Of a DNA stretch of 64,000 bases, positions 8,299 to 19,300 are shown piece after piece. Position 1 is the stretch's first letter; the number at the start of each line of letters is the position of its first letter. Where the stretch lies: contig JAFTUI010000001.1 of the NCBI GenBank assembly GCA_017466345.1, forward strand, positions 13,808-77,807. Reading direction: 5' to 3'. This DNA comes from Tidjanibacter sp. (GTDB lineage Bacteria; Bacteroidota; Bacteroidia; Bacteroidales; Rikenellaceae). The notes under the pieces are model-generated. The model saw only the letters and a list, made by a program, of their open reading frames with translations. It was not told where the DNA came from and did no database searches. A program made the position numbers and the translations under genes.

Positions 8299-10497
8299 TT
8301 AGTGTCCTTGTTCGCAGAGGAATTTGATGCGCACAAGGCGAATTTCCTCCTCTGTAAAGTCATCGCCCAACTCCTCCATAGCCTCATTTATGCTATCGCT
8401 CTCGGCGTCCTCTTTGAAGTAGAGGTATATTTCCTCTGCCTTGTCGTCATCGACAACCTGTTCGATGTAGTAGTTGATGTTGAGCTTTGTACCCGAATTC
8501 ACAATGGACTCAATCTCGCTGAGCAGTTCCTCCATTTCGAGGTTCTTGGCGTGTGCAATATCCTCGAAGTCCATCTTGCGGTCTATGCTCTGGATGATGA
8601 ATACCTTGTTGCCACTCTTGTTTACAACGCTCTTTACGACCATATCCTGCGGGCGGATAATCTCCTTCTCCTCCACATAAGCCGCAATGAGTTTGATGAA
8701 CTCCTCGCCAAATTTCTTAGCCTTACCAGCACCTACGCCACTGATGTTCTGCAACTCCTCAATGGTGATGGGATATTGAATGGCCATATCCTCCAACGAA
8801 GGGTCTTGGAAGATAACAAAGGGTGGTAGATTGTGGCGCATAGCCACCTTCTTGCGAAGGTCTTTGAGCATCGCAAATAGTTCTTCGTCTGCCACAGCAC
8901 CCTTGCCCGCAGCAGCCGCCATAGCATCTTCGTCACTCTCTTCGTTGTAGTTGTGGTCGAGAGTGATGGTGATTGGATAGGGCCTGTCGAGGTACTCTTC
9001 GCCCTTGGCACTGAGCGACAGCAGACCATAGTTCTCGATATTCTTGTCAATAAGTCCTTCGATAAGACCTCGGCGTATTACCGCACCCCAGAACTTGTCA
9101 TCGTGATCCTCGCCAATGCCGAAGAACTCCGACTTGTGGTGGTTGTAGGACTTGATAATGGCGTTATTCTTACCCACAAGTACCGATGTCAGATAGTCTG
9201 CCTTGAACTTAGGACCGATAGATTCGAGTGTTTCGAGTGCGGTCTGCATCTGCTTCTGGGCGTTGATTTTGGGTTTAGGATTGAGGCAGTTGTCGCACGC
9301 ACCACAATCCTCCTCGTGGTACTCCTCGCCGAAGTAGTGCAGTAGGCTCTTGCGGCGGCATACCGAACTCTCGGCATAAGCCACCGTCTCCATCAACAAC
9401 AACCTGCCAATCTCCTGTTCTGCCACAGGTTTACCCTGCATAAACTTTTCGAGTTTCTGGATGTCCTTATAACTATAAAAGGTAATACACCTTCCCTCGC
9501 CACCGTCACGACCAGCACGACCCGTCTCCTGATAGTAACCTTCGAGACTCTTGGGGATGTCGTAGTGGATGACATAGCGCACATCGGGCTTGTCAATACC
9601 CATACCAAAGGCGATTGTGGCAACGATAACCTCCACTTGCTCCATCAGGAAGGCGTCTTGGTTGTTGGCCCTCGTGGCGCCATCCATACCTGCGTGGTAG
9701 GGTAGGGCGCGTATGCCGTTTGCCACGAGCAACTCGGCAAGTTCCTCCACCTTTTTGCGCGATAGACAGTAGATGATGCCACTCTTGCCCTCGTTCTGTT
9801 TGATGTAGCGTATGATGTCCTTGTTTACATCGTTCTTGGGGCGTATTTCGTAGTAGAGGTTTGGACGGTTGAAAGAGGACTTAAAGACCTTTGCGTCCAT
9901 CATACCGAGATTTTTCTGTATGTCGAACTGCACTTTGGGAGTAGCAGTTGCTGTGAGGGCAATGATGGGAGCCCTGCCTATGTCGTTTACTATGGGACGT
10001 ATGCGCCTATACTCTGGGCGGAAATCGTGACCCCACTCCGAGATGCAGTGCGCCTCGTCAATGGCATAGAACGAGATTTTGATTTTGCGAAGGAAAGAGA
10101 TGTTCTCCTCTTTGGTGAGTGACTCGGGAGCGAAATAGAGGAGTTTGGTTTTGCCTGCCAGCACATCGTTTTTGACCTGAGTGATGGCTGCTTTGTTGAG
10201 CGAGGAGTTGAGGAAGTGTGCAATGCCATCCTCCATACTGAAAGTGCGCATTGCGTCTACTTGGTTTTTCATAAGGGCAATCAGAGGAGAGATGATAATC
10301 GCGACACCCTCCATCATCAGTGCGGGCAGTTGGTAGCAAAGACTCTTGCCTCCACCCGTAGGCATCAGTACGAAGGTGTCGCCACCCGCAAGCACGTTGC
10401 GAATGACCCCTTCTTGGTTGCCTTTGAATGCCGAAAAACCGAAATACTCCTTCAATTTGGCGAGTAAAACCTCACTCTTGATGTTGTTTACCTCCAT
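8299..10497 (-). CDS. recQ: ATP-dependent DNA helicase RecQ
   Basis: MPTGGGKSLCYQ, DEAHCISEWGHDFR, TATAT and QETGRAGRDG motifs; Zn/RQC and HRDC domains. Confidence 0.97.
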   Translation of the reverse strand: MEVNNIKSEVLLAKLKEYFGFSAFKGNQEGVIRNVLAGGDTFVLMPTGGGKSLCYQLPALMMEGVAIIISPLIALMKNQVDAMRTFSMEDGIAHFLNSSLNKAAITQVKNDVLAGKTKLLYFAPESLTKEENISFLRKIKISFYAIDEAHCISEWGHDFRPEYRRIRPIVNDIGRAPIIALTATATPKVQFDIQKNLGMMDAKVFKSSFNRPNLYYEIRPKNDVNKDIIRYIKQNEGKSGIIYCLSRKKVEELAELLVANGIRALPYHAGMDGATRANNQDAFLMEQVEVIVATIAFGMGIDKPDVRYVIHYDIPKSLEGYYQETGRAGRDGGEGRCITFYSYKDIQKLEKFMQGKPVAEQEIGRLLLMETVAYAESSVCRRKSLLHYFGEEYHEEDCGACDNCLNPKPKINAQKQMQTALETLESIGPKFKADYLTSVLVGKNNAIIKSYNHHKSEFFGIGEDHDDKFWGAVIRRGLIEGLIDKNIENYGLLSLSAKGEEYLDRPYPITITLDHNYNEESDEDAMAAAAGKGAVADEELFAMLKDLRKKVAMRHNLPPFVIFQDPSLEDMAIQYPITIEELQNISGVGAGKAKKFGEEFIKLIAAYVEEKEIIRPQDMVVKSVVNKSGNKVFIIQSIDRKMDFEDIAHAKNLEMEELLSEIESIVNSGTKLNINYYIEQVVDDDKAEEIYLYFKEDAESDSINEAMEELGDDFTEEEIRLVRIKFLCEQGH

Positions 10498-10584
10498 AAC
10501 TAATCTCTCTTTTTCACTTTTCGCAATACTAAGATAGTACTTTTTTCGGAAATTAAACTAACTTTGTGGAAAATTTTTTGGATA

Positions 10585-11325
10585 ATGAAGTTATATACCT
10601 CCGATTTAGTAAAGAAGTATAAGAGCCGCACGGTTGTAAACCACGTTTCGATAGACGTTAAGCAGGGCGAAATTGTAGGTCTGCTGGGTCCCAATGGCGC
10701 GGGTAAAACCACCACTTTTTATATGATTGTGGGACTCGTAAAACCAAACGATGGTCGCATCTTCCTCGAAGATGAGGATGGCGCCACAACCGAGATTACC
10801 AAAATGCCCGTCTATAAACGCGCCCAAATGGGTGTGGGCTATTTGGCACAAGAGGCTTCTGTGTTTCGTGGACTGACGGTTGAGGACAACCTCAAAGCGG
10901 TGCTCGAAATGACCGGATACTCCAAGGAGTACCAACGCCAAAGGGTGGAGGAACTATTGGATGAGTTCCGCTTGCAGAAGGTGCGTAAGAATAAGGGTAT
11001 CCAACTTTCGGGTGGCGAGCGTAGGCGTACCGAGATTGCGCGAGCAGTGGCTATCAACCCCAAGTTCATCCTCCTCGATGAGCCTTTTGCGGGTGTGGAC
11101 CCCATCGCTGTGGAGGACATCCAAAGCATCGTGCGCACGCTCAAAGATAAAAATATCGGTGTTATCATCACCGACCACAATGTGCACGAAACCCTCTCCA
11201 TTACCGACCGCACCTACCTCCTCTTCGAGGGCAAAGTTTTGAAGGCTGGTAGTGCCGAGGACCTCGCAAATGACGAGGAGGTAAGGCGAGTGTATTTGGG
11301 ACAGGACTTCAAACTCGATAGATAA
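10585..11325 (+). CDS. lptB: LPS export ABC transporter ATP-binding protein
   Basis: [25 protein letters not shown] and [11 protein letters not shown] motifs; start moved to ATG 10585, downstream of TAACTTTG (10559-10566). Confidence 0.95.
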   Translation: MKLYTSDLVKKYKSRTVVNHVSIDVKQGEIVGLLGPNGAGKTTTFYMIVGLVKPNDGRIFLEDEDGATTEITKMPVYKRAQMGVGYLAQEASVFRGLTVEDNLKAVLEMTGYSKEYQRQRVEELLDEFRLQKVRKNKGIQLSGGERRRTEIARAVAINPKFILLDEPFAGVDPIAVEDIQSIVRTLKDKNIGVIITDHNVHETLSITDRTYLLFEGKVLKAGSAEDLANDEEVRRVYLGQDFKLDR

Positions 11326-11353
11326 AACGCATCTTGCGGGTGCTTTTTATGAG

Positions 11354-11381
11354 TTGAAAATTGAAAATTGAAAATGGAAAA
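11354..11381 (+). repeat. (TTGAAAA)n heptamer array
   Basis: Three exact copies plus TGGAAAA after lptB. Confidence 0.85.
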
Positions 11382-11385
11382 TTAT

Positions 11386-11420
11386 GGTGCGCTGCAAACT
11401 TTGCGGCGCATATTTTTTAT
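11386..11420 (+). terminator. Probable lptB terminator
   Basis: TGCGCTGCAAA-C-TTTGCGGCGCA followed by TATTTTTT. Confidence 0.6.
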
Positions 11421-11531
11421 GATGATATTAGGCAAATCTTGCAATGTGGTAAATATATTTTATTATAAAATCTCCCCGTAGTAGGTATTTTGTCGTTTTT
11501 TTATCGGTTTTTTTGCTAAAAAATAGAGAAA

Positions 11532-11576
11532 TTTTCAATTCTCAATTTTCAATTCTCAATTTTATTCGTATCTTTG
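11532..11576 (+). promoter_or_regulatory. rpsF operon sigma-A promoter preceded by a (TTYTCAA)4 array
   Basis: TATCTTTG at 11569-11576 matches TAnnTTTG; heptamers at 11532-11559. Confidence 0.75.
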
Positions 11577-11626
11577 CGCCCGCATTTGGTATGCAAATAA
11601 CATTTTTAACTAATTAACAAAACATT

Positions 11627-12022
11627 ATGAACAATTACGAAACCGTTTTCATTGCCACCCCCGTTCTTTCGGAGGCTCAGCTCGACGAGTTGTTTGGCAA
11701 ATTCCAGGGTGTAATTACCGAGAACGGCGGTCAAATCGTAAATGCAGAGGCTTGGGGTTTGAAAAAACTCGCTTATGCTATCCAGAAGAAGACCACCGGT
11801 TACTATTTCCTCATTGAGTTCACCGGCGAGGGCAACCTCATCGAGACTCTCGAAAAACAGTACCGCCGCGACGAGCGCGTTATTCGTTTCCTCTCGTTCC
11901 GTCAGGACAAACACGCAGTAGAGTACTCGATCAAACGCCGCAACAAACTCGCAGGCAAAGTTAACGCTGAGGTTGTAGAGACTGAGGCTAATGTTGAACC
12001 CGTAGCAGTAGAGGAGGCATAA
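11627..12022 (+). CDS. rpsF: 30S ribosomal protein bS6
   Basis: [19 protein letters not shown] and [10 protein letters not shown] motifs. Confidence 0.97.
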   Translation: MNNYETVFIATPVLSEAQLDELFGKFQGVITENGGQIVNAEAWGLKKLAYAIQKKTTGYYFLIEFTGEGNLIETLEKQYRRDERVIRFLSFRQDKHAVEYSIKRRNKLAGKVNAEVVETEANVEPVAVEEA

Positions 12023-12025
12023 ACT

Positions 12026-12304
12026 ATGGCAGCACCTGTAAAAAACGATAGCGAAATCCGCTACCTCAACCCCGTGTCGGTTGACGTTAAGAAGAAAAAA
12101 TACTGCCGTTTCAAAAAGAGCGGTATCAAATACATCGACTACAAGGATGGCGAATTCTTGAAGAAATTCCTCAACGAGCAGGGTAAAATTCTTCCCCGCC
12201 GTTTGACCGGTACTTCGCAGAAATACCAGAAGAAAGTGGCTCAGGCTGTTAAGCGTGCTCGCCACCTTGCAATTTTGCCTTTCGTAACCGATTTGATGAA
12301 ATAA
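12026..12304 (+). CDS. rpsR: 30S ribosomal protein bS18
   Basis: [21 protein letters not shown] and KRARHLA motifs. Confidence 0.97.
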   Translation: MAAPVKNDSEIRYLNPVSVDVKKKKYCRFKKSGIKYIDYKDGEFLKKFLNEQGKILPRRLTGTSQKYQKKVAQAVKRARHLAILPFVTDLMK

Positions 12305-12326
12305 TTTTTAGAAGGAGGACAATACT

Positions 12327-12764
12327 ATGCAGATTATTCTTATTAAAGACGTTGAGAAATTGGGTTACGCTAACGACATCGTAGACGTAAAACCCGGCTA
12401 TGCAAACAACTTCCTTCTTCCTCAGGGCTACGCTAAGGTAGCTACCGAGTCGGCTAAGAAAGTTTTGGCAGAGAACCTTCGTCAGAGGGCTCACAAAGAG
12501 GCTAAACTCCTCGCAGACGCTCAGGCACTTGCAGAGAAAATCGAGAACCTTCCCCTTACCCTCAGCGCAAAAGCAGAGGAGGAGAAAATCTTTGGTAGCA
12601 TCACTTCGGCTGACCTCGCAGCTGCTCTCGCAGAGAAGGGCGTAGAGGTAGATCGCAAGGCTATCGAGGTTGAGGCAGTGAAGACCCTCGGCGAGTATGT
12701 AGCAACTGTTAAACTCCACAGGGAGGTTAAAGCAACCATTCACTTCTCGGTTGTAGCAGAGTAA
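12327..12764 (+). CDS. rplI: 50S ribosomal protein bL9
   Basis: [25 protein letters not shown] and IFGSIT motifs. Confidence 0.97.
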   Translation: MQIILIKDVEKLGYANDIVDVKPGYANNFLLPQGYAKVATESAKKVLAENLRQRAHKEAKLLADAQALAEKIENLPLTLSAKAEEEKIFGSITSADLAAALAEKGVEVDRKAIEVEAVKTLGEYVATVKLHREVKATIHFSVVAE

Positions 12765-12787
12765 TTATCTTAAACACAGACAAAACG

Positions 12788-13039
12788 ATGAAAAAAGATA
12801 TCCATCCTAAGAACTATCGTATCGTTGCATTCAAGGATATGTCCAACGATCACGTTTTTCTCTGCCGCTCGGCAGTGAACACCAAAGAGACCTTGGTAGT
12901 GGACGGTGTTGAGTACCCCGTATACAAAATGGAGATTTCGAACACTTCGCACCCCTTCTACACTGGTAAGATGAAACTTGTTGACACTGCTGGTCGTGTT
13001 GATAAGTTTATGCAGCGTTACGCTCGCTACAAAAAGTAA
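12788..13039 (+). CDS. rpmE2: 50S ribosomal protein bL31, type B (no zinc-binding CxxC pairs)
   Basis: MKKDIHP and SHPFYTGK...GRVDKF motifs; 83 aa. Confidence 0.95.
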   Translation: MKKDIHPKNYRIVAFKDMSNDHVFLCRSAVNTKETLVVDGVEYPVYKMEISNTSHPFYTGKMKLVDTAGRVDKFMQRYARYKK

Positions 13040-13161
13040 AAACGCATATAATCGGCGACTTAGTCGTTGCACTGCGATAAACCACCTCCTCATTTACGCC
13101 TTGTAAACTGCGGAGGTGGTTTTCTTGTGCGCCTATAATTCATCCGATTCTATGCGTTTTT
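13038..13161 (+). repeat. Palindromic element, copy 1
   Basis: Terminal IR AAAAACGCATA/TATGCGTTTTT; core AAACCACCTC-CTCATTTACG-CCTT-GTAAACTGCG-GAGGTGGTTT. Confidence 0.85.
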
Positions 13162-13162
13162 C

Positions 13163-13286
13163 AATAACACATATAACGGGTGCTTTTCGCACCAAACTGC
13201 AATAGGCGAGTTCCTCATTTGCGCAAAGCAAATTGTGGACTCGCCTTTTTGTTTGGCACAAAAATCCCTCCGCTATATGCGTTATT
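13163..13286 (+). repeat. Palindromic element, copy 2 (tandem with copy 1)
   Basis: IR AATAACACATATA/TATATGCGTTATT; core AGGCGAGTTC-CTCATTTGCG-CAAA-GCAAATTGTG-GACTCGCCT. Confidence 0.8.
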
Positions 13287-13288
13287 TT

Positions 13289-13439
13289 GTCTAACGTCTA
13301 ACGTCTAACGTCAATAGTCCTAAGGCTTATAAGGCATATAAGGCATATAGGGCTTATAGGAATTTAAGGAGTTTAAGGGCTTTAATGACCTTAACGACCT
13401 TAATGTCCTTAATGTCCTTAATGTCCTTAATGTCCTTAT
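13289..13439 (+). repeat. (GTCTAAC)3-GTCAATAGTCC followed by a 9-mer TAAGG/CCTTA array
   Basis: About 7 units carrying TAAGG/TAGG, then 6 units carrying CCTTA (TAATGTCCT x4). Confidence 0.85.
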
Positions 13440-13841
13440 CCTCCCTAATAACCCTCCCCTAAGTTAGGGGAGGGTGCCAAGGCGGGAGAGGTCTGTAAAG
13501 TAGTTCTTCCCCTACGAACCGACGCCCGAAGCGGGAGCAGAGGTTGCTTGCAAACTATGCCCCGCAAGTAGGAGGAAAAGCCACCGAAGGTGGATTAAAG
13601 GGGAGGATAGGAGGGGTGGTCGAAATTGTGCTCGGCGTCCTCGCCGAGCAGTGCCCGAAGGGCGGGAGAGGTCTGTTGAACACACGCCTCATCACTTCGT
13701 GATACCCCCTCTGACTTTGAGGGGGAATTATCATATCTCTCATATCTCTCATTCCTCCCATAAAAAATCTCGGGTATCTTTTTCGATACCCGAGATTTTT
13801 ATTGACCGCAAGTTGCTAATTCGCAAGTTGCTGATTGTTGG

Positions 13842-14978
13842 TTACTCCTCCAAGCCAAGCAGGCGGCACATAATTTTTGGAAGGTCGGTATTCTCGAATA
13901 CACCGCTAAAATGCTCTGAGCCTGTGCCGTAGGCGAAGATGGGAACCATACCGCCCGTATGACCGCCTGTTGTCCAAGCGTAATCCACTTGGTGGTCGTG
14001 GAGGTCGAAGCGGCGGTTGCCATTGACAATTGTCAGTCCGCCCGTCTCGTGGTCGGCAGTAACCACAACGAGTGTTCCAGGGTGTTCATCCGCATAGTCG
14101 AAAGCGACCTCTACTGCGGCGTCAAAATCCCTAATTTCGGCAATCATACCCTCCAAGTCGTGACCGTGAGCCTTGCCGTCAATCTGCGAGCCCTCAACCA
14201 TCAGGAAGAAACCCGTGCGGTCGGCTTTGGCATTATTGGAGAGTATTTCGAGTGCTTTGGCGGTAGCCTCGGGCAGGAAGTCGCCACGACCGCTGAGCAT
14301 TGAGGGCATAGAATCCTCGGTGGGTAATAATGCTACCTTACCCTCGCTAACATTCTCAATATCAGAGATTGAATAGGCGATTGTGTAGCCCCTCTCGCGG
14401 AGTGTGTCGAAGAAGTTGAGCGAGTCGGCACGCTGGTCGAAACGCTTGCTGCCACCGCCCATAAATACATCCAACTCGTTGGAGAGGTAGTAGGTGGCAA
14501 TCTCATCCTCTTTGTGGCGATTGTCAACGTGTGCAACGAAAGCTGCGGGAGTGGCGTTGGTTACGGGGTAGGTAACCACCACGCCCGTAGCCATACCTGC
14601 TCTCTCTGCCTTCTCGCGAATGGAGGGGTGGGGTAGACTGTCGGGTGTGACGCCAATCATTCCGTTGTTGGTCTTGTAGCCCGTAGCCAGAGCTGTACCT
14701 GCTGCTGCCGAGTCGGTTATGCGGTTGTTGGCAGAGTAGGTTTTGCAAAGCCCCACATACTCGGCACGTTCCATAGCCAGAGGCTTGTAGTCTTGCGCAA
14801 TCTGTGCCACCGAGATGTGAGCCACACCCATACCATCACCTATCATATATATAATACGCTCCACGCGGGGCTCCTCGTCACCGAGCCACCTGTTGATGCC
14901 GCGTATTGCCAAGCCTCCAACCAAAATAACCACCACGCACTCCAACAGTGTGCGCCAACCTCTCGAACATCTTTTCAT
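13842..14978 (-). CDS. Alkaline phosphatase family protein
   Basis: MIGDGMG, TDSAAAGTALATG (catalytic Ser), ATPAAF, VEGSQIDGKAH and TADHETGG motifs. Confidence 0.93.
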   Translation of the reverse strand: MKRCSRGWRTLLECVVVILVGGLAIRGINRWLGDEEPRVERIIYMIGDGMGVAHISVAQIAQDYKPLAMERAEYVGLCKTYSANNRITDSAAAGTALATGYKTNNGMIGVTPDSLPHPSIREKAERAGMATGVVVTYPVTNATPAAFVAHVDNRHKEDEIATYYLSNELDVFMGGGSKRFDQRADSLNFFDTLRERGYTIAYSISDIENVSEGKVALLPTEDSMPSMLSGRGDFLPEATAKALEILSNNAKADRTGFFLMVEGSQIDGKAHGHDLEGMIAEIRDFDAAVEVAFDYADEHPGTLVVVTADHETGGLTIVNGNRRFDLHDHQVDYAWTTGGHTGGMVPIFAYGTGSEHFSGVFENTDLPKIMCRLLGLEE

Positions 14979-15076
14979 AGTGATATACTATATAATAAAC
15001 ATACAAATTATACTAACGTGTGCCCATTTGTGCTCTTTTTGCATCCAAATCTTCCGATTATTTGCATAAAAATCAT

Positions 15077-15101
15077 TAACTTTGCACGCAAAGCGTGCAA
15101 A
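15077..15101 (+). promoter_or_regulatory. RND operon -7 box overlapped by a perfect palindrome
   Basis: TAACTTTG at 15077-15084; TTTGCACGC-AAA-GCGTGCAAA at 15081-15101. Confidence 0.6.
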
Positions 15102-15185
15102 ACCACTCGCGGGGAGCTGAGATGCCCTCGTTGGGTGGAATGCCACAAATATAGTTCTTGCAAATATACAAAAATAAATAGAAAA

Positions 15186-16361
15186 ATGAAGCGACTAATT
15201 TTCCTTTTTGTGAGCCTTTGTGTGCTCGCATCGTGCAAAAATGAGGCTCCCAAGCAGCAGACCTCACGCGAGAGAATTTACAAAACAATGACGGTAAAGG
15301 CTGCTGACCGCACACTTACCACAGGCTATGCTGCGACCATCAATGGTTGCCAGACTGTGGAAATTCGCCCCCAGGTGAGCGGTATGATTACCGACATCCT
15401 CATCAATGAGGGTGACTTTGTGTCGAAGGGACAGGTGCTGTTCGTTATCGACCAAACACCCTATAAGGCGGCTTATGAAATTGCGCAGGCAAATGTGAAG
15501 AGTGCCGAGGCTGGTCTTTCAACAGCTCAGCTTATCCTCGATAGTAATAAGGAGCTCTTCGAGCAGGGCGTGGTGTCGGAGTTTGACCTTATGACCTCGC
15601 GCAATGACCTTGTGGATGCCGAGGCACGCTTGGCTCTGGCAAGGGCAGAGGAGATTAACGCTACCAACAACCTCTCCTATACCGAGGTGCGCTCGCCTGT
15701 GGATGGTGTGGCAAGTATGATTCCCTATCGCGTGGGTGCGCTGGTTAGCAGTAGCATTGCAACACCATTGGTTACGGTATCGGACGATAGCGAGGTTTAT
15801 GCCTACTTCTCTATGGCAGAGAATACGATGCTCGACCTTATTCAGGAGTATGGCTCGCTCAAAGAGGCCATCCGCGAGATGCCTGAGGTAGAACTCATTA
15901 TGAGCAATGGTAAGGTGTATAACAAGAAGGGACGTATCAATGCCATCAGTGGTACCATCAGTGCCACCACGGGTGCTGTGAGCCTTCGTGCAACTTTCCC
16001 AAACCGCTCGCGTATGCTGCGCGATGGTGGTAGCGGTAAGGTTGTCATTCCTACGGTGCTGAAAAATGCCATTGTCATTCCTCAGTCGGCAACCTACGAG
16101 TTGCAGGAGAAGATTTTTGTCTATAAGGTTATTGACGGTAAGGCTGTGTCGGCTGGTATCACTGTTCTGCCCCAGAATAATGGCGTTGAGTATATTGTTG
16201 AGAGCGGTCTGTCGGTGGGCGATATGATTATTGCCGAGGGTGCCGGTTTGGTACGCGAGGGCGCAACCATCAAGACCGAGGAGGATGTGGCTCGCGAAGC
16301 TGCCGAGAAGGCTGCCGCAGAGGCTGCTGCCCAAGAGAGTGTTACTGCTAACGAAAAGTAG
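15186..16361 (+). CDS. RND efflux periplasmic adaptor (lipoprotein)
   Basis: Lipobox LASC; VEIRPQVSG, GQVLFVID and EVRSPVDG motifs; start moved to MKRLIF. Confidence 0.92.
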   Translation: MKRLIFLFVSLCVLASCKNEAPKQQTSRERIYKTMTVKAADRTLTTGYAATINGCQTVEIRPQVSGMITDILINEGDFVSKGQVLFVIDQTPYKAAYEIAQANVKSAEAGLSTAQLILDSNKELFEQGVVSEFDLMTSRNDLVDAEARLALARAEEINATNNLSYTEVRSPVDGVASMIPYRVGALVSSSIATPLVTVSDDSEVYAYFSMAENTMLDLIQEYGSLKEAIREMPEVELIMSNGKVYNKKGRINAISGTISATTGAVSLRATFPNRSRMLRDGGSGKVVIPTVLKNAIVIPQSATYELQEKIFVYKVIDGKAVSAGITVLPQNNGVEYIVESGLSVGDMIIAEGAGLVREGATIKTEEDVAREAAEKAAAEAAAQESVTANEK

Positions 16362-16372
16362 GGTAGAGGATT

Positions 16373-19300
16373 ATGAACATTAAGACGTTTATAGATAGAC
16401 CGATTTTTGCAGGGGTTATCTCTGTGATTATCGTATTGGTGGGACTTATTAGTCTTACCCAGCTGCCTGTTGAGCAGTTCCCTGAGATTGCGCCACCAAC
16501 TGTGAGCGTGTCGGCAAACTACTCAGGTGCGAATGCCGAAACAGTACAGAGGAGTGTGGTTATTCCTTTGGAGGAGGCTATCAATGGCGTGGAGAATATG
16601 ATGTATATGACCTCTTCGGCTACCAACAATGGCTCGGCAAGCATCCAGATCTACTTCCGCCAGGGTACCAATGCCGATATGGCAATGGTTAATGTGCAGA
16701 ACCGTATTGCTTCGGCTCAGGGTCTGTTGCCCGCAGAGGTTACCCGAAGTGGTGTGAGTGTCCGCAAACGCCAGACAAGCCGCATCAAAACTCTTGCTAT
16801 CTACTCGCCCGATGACTCGTTTGACGAGCGATTTATGAGCAACTACCTTAAAATCAACATCGAACCACGCCTTTCGCGTATTGCCGGTGTGGGCGAAGTG
16901 GATGTGAGGGGTGCCGACTACTCGCTGCGTATATGGCTCGATCCGGCCAAGATGTCGCAATATAAACTTATGCCTTCGGATATTTCGGCAGTACTCGCCG
17001 AGCAGAACTTGGAGGCTCCTACGGGCACGCTCGGTGCCGACTCCGAAAATACTTTCCGCTATACGCTCAAATATCGCGGTCGCTACGACAAGGAGGAGGA
17101 CTATGCAAATATGGTCATCCGTGCTGAGGCTGATGGTACGGTACTGAGACTCAAAGATGTGGCTGAGATAGAGTTGGGCTCTATTAGTTATGACTATATC
17201 GGTAAGGTAAATGGTCATCCAGGCACTACTCTGATGATTTCGCAAACCTCTGGCTCAAATGCTAACGAGATTATTGAGGCTATTGATAAGGAGATTGTGG
17301 AGATTCGCAAGTCGCTGCCCAAAGGTATGGAGATTGTTGACTTGATGAGTACTAAGGACTTCTTGGATGCTTCGATTGCGAGCGTTATCGAAACGCTTGT
17401 GCTGGCAATTATCCTCGTGGTGCTGGTGGTGTATGTATTCTTGCAGAGCTTCCGCTCCACGCTCATACCCACCATCGCAATTATCGTGTCGCTCATTGGT
17501 ACCTTCGCTTTCCTCATTGTTGCTGGATTTAGCCTCAATATGATTACCCTCTTTGCGCTTGTGCTCGTGATTGGTACGGTGGTGGATAATGCCATTGTGG
17601 TTGTGGAGGCAGTGCAGGCGAAGTTCGACAGCGGCTATACATCGCCCTATAAAGCAACGGTAGATGCTATGCAGGGTATCTCTACTGCGCTTATCGCCAC
17701 CACGTTCGTATTTATGGCGGTGTTTATCCCCGTATGTTTTATGGGTGGTACAACGGGTACGTTCTATACCCAGTTTGGTCTTACTATGGCAGTTGCAGTG
17801 GGTATCTCGCTCCTCAATTCCATCACTCTCTCGCCTGCTCTGTGTGCTCTCTTGATGAAACCACATATCCCCGATGAGAATGGTAAGTTGAGCTTCTCGG
17901 CTCGTTTCCACATCGCTTTCGATGCAGGATTTAGGGGTGTGGTGCGCCACTATAAGAAGGGTGTGAAGTTTATGCTCCGCAGACGCTGGCTTGCTGCATT
18001 GCTGGTGATTGTTGCTACGGGCGGTCTTTTCTATATGATGGAGAATACCAAGACAGGTCTGGTGCCTAAGGAGGATATGGGCTCTATTAATATAGATGTG
18101 CAAACCCCTCCCGGAACTAACCTTGCTGCAACCGTGGAGGTTATGGAGCAGATAGCCTCGCGTCTGAATCAAATCTCGCAGGTGGAAACATATTCTTACA
18201 CAACAGGTTATGGTATGATGTCGGGTGTGGGCTCTTCGTGCGGTATGTTTACTGTTAAGCTGCGCGATTGGGAACTTCGCGAAGGCGAGGGCGATGATAT
18301 AGACTCGGTTATGGAGCGTATCTACGACCTTACATCGGATATTACCTCGGCTAAAATTATGGTCTTCACGCGAGGTATGATTCCTGGTTATGGTGCAAGT
18401 GGCGGTTTTGAGATCTATGTTCAGGACCAGAAGGGCGGCACCATCGACAACCTGAAAATGGTTACCGATGATGTTATTGAGGGGCTCAACGAGCGCCCAG
18501 AGATTGCGCGTGCTTCGACTGCTTTCGATACCAAATACCCCCAATATCTCATTGAGGTAGATGCTGCCAAGTGTAAACGCAATGGCGTGTCGCCCTCTAA
18601 TGTTCTGAGTGTCATTTCGGGCTATATTGGCGGTAACTACGCATCGAATATGAACCGCTTCTCGAAGCTCTATCGTGTTATGGTTCAGGCAAATCCCGAA
18701 AGTAGGCTCGATACTGATGCACTCGAAAATATGTTTGTGAGAAACTCCGGTGGCGAGATGTCGCCCATCTCGCAGTATGTAACCCTCACGAGGATTTATG
18801 GTCCTCAGTCCATTTCGCGTTTCAACCTCTTCTCGGCAATATCCGTCAATGGTCAGGCTGCCAACGGGTACTCTTCGGGCGAGGCTATTGAGGCTGTGAG
18901 GGAGGTTATGGAGGAGCGTCTGCCTGCGGGCTATGGCTACGAGTTTGGCGGTATGTCGCGCGAGGAGGCTTCGACTGGTAGCAGTACGGCGATAATCTTC
19001 GTTATTTGTATTGTCTTTATCTACCTCATCCTCTGCGCCTTGTACGAGAGCCTTATGATACCTATCGTTATCATCCTCTCTATACCTTTCGGTTTGGCAG
19101 GTAGCTTCCTCTTTGCCAATATGTTCGGCTTGGAGAACAATATCTATCTGCAAATCGGTCTGCTGATGCTTATCGGTCTGTTGGCAAAGACAGCCATTCT
19201 GCTTACCGAGTACGCCTCCGAAAGACGCAAGGCGGGAGCTTCTATTGTCAGTGCGGCACTATCGGCTGCCAAGGCACGTCTTAGGGCTATTTTGATGACC

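Noticed and set aside
11577-11626. S6:S18 autoregulatory RNA leader
   Set aside because: Only a small GCAT/ATGC hairpin and a CCCG word are present, too little to support the call without a covariance model.
15103-15140. TPP riboswitch before the RND operon (GGGGAGCTGAGA)
   Set aside because: Only the CUGAGA word matches. The P4/P5 and pyrophosphate-binding elements are absent and the gene context does not fit.
17255-19153. Long antisense ORFs (also 22881-24314, 30645-32078, 49075-51219 and others)
   Set aside because: They are shadows of well-supported genes on the other strand, which rarely use TTA/CTA/TCA codons. They show no recognisable motifs.
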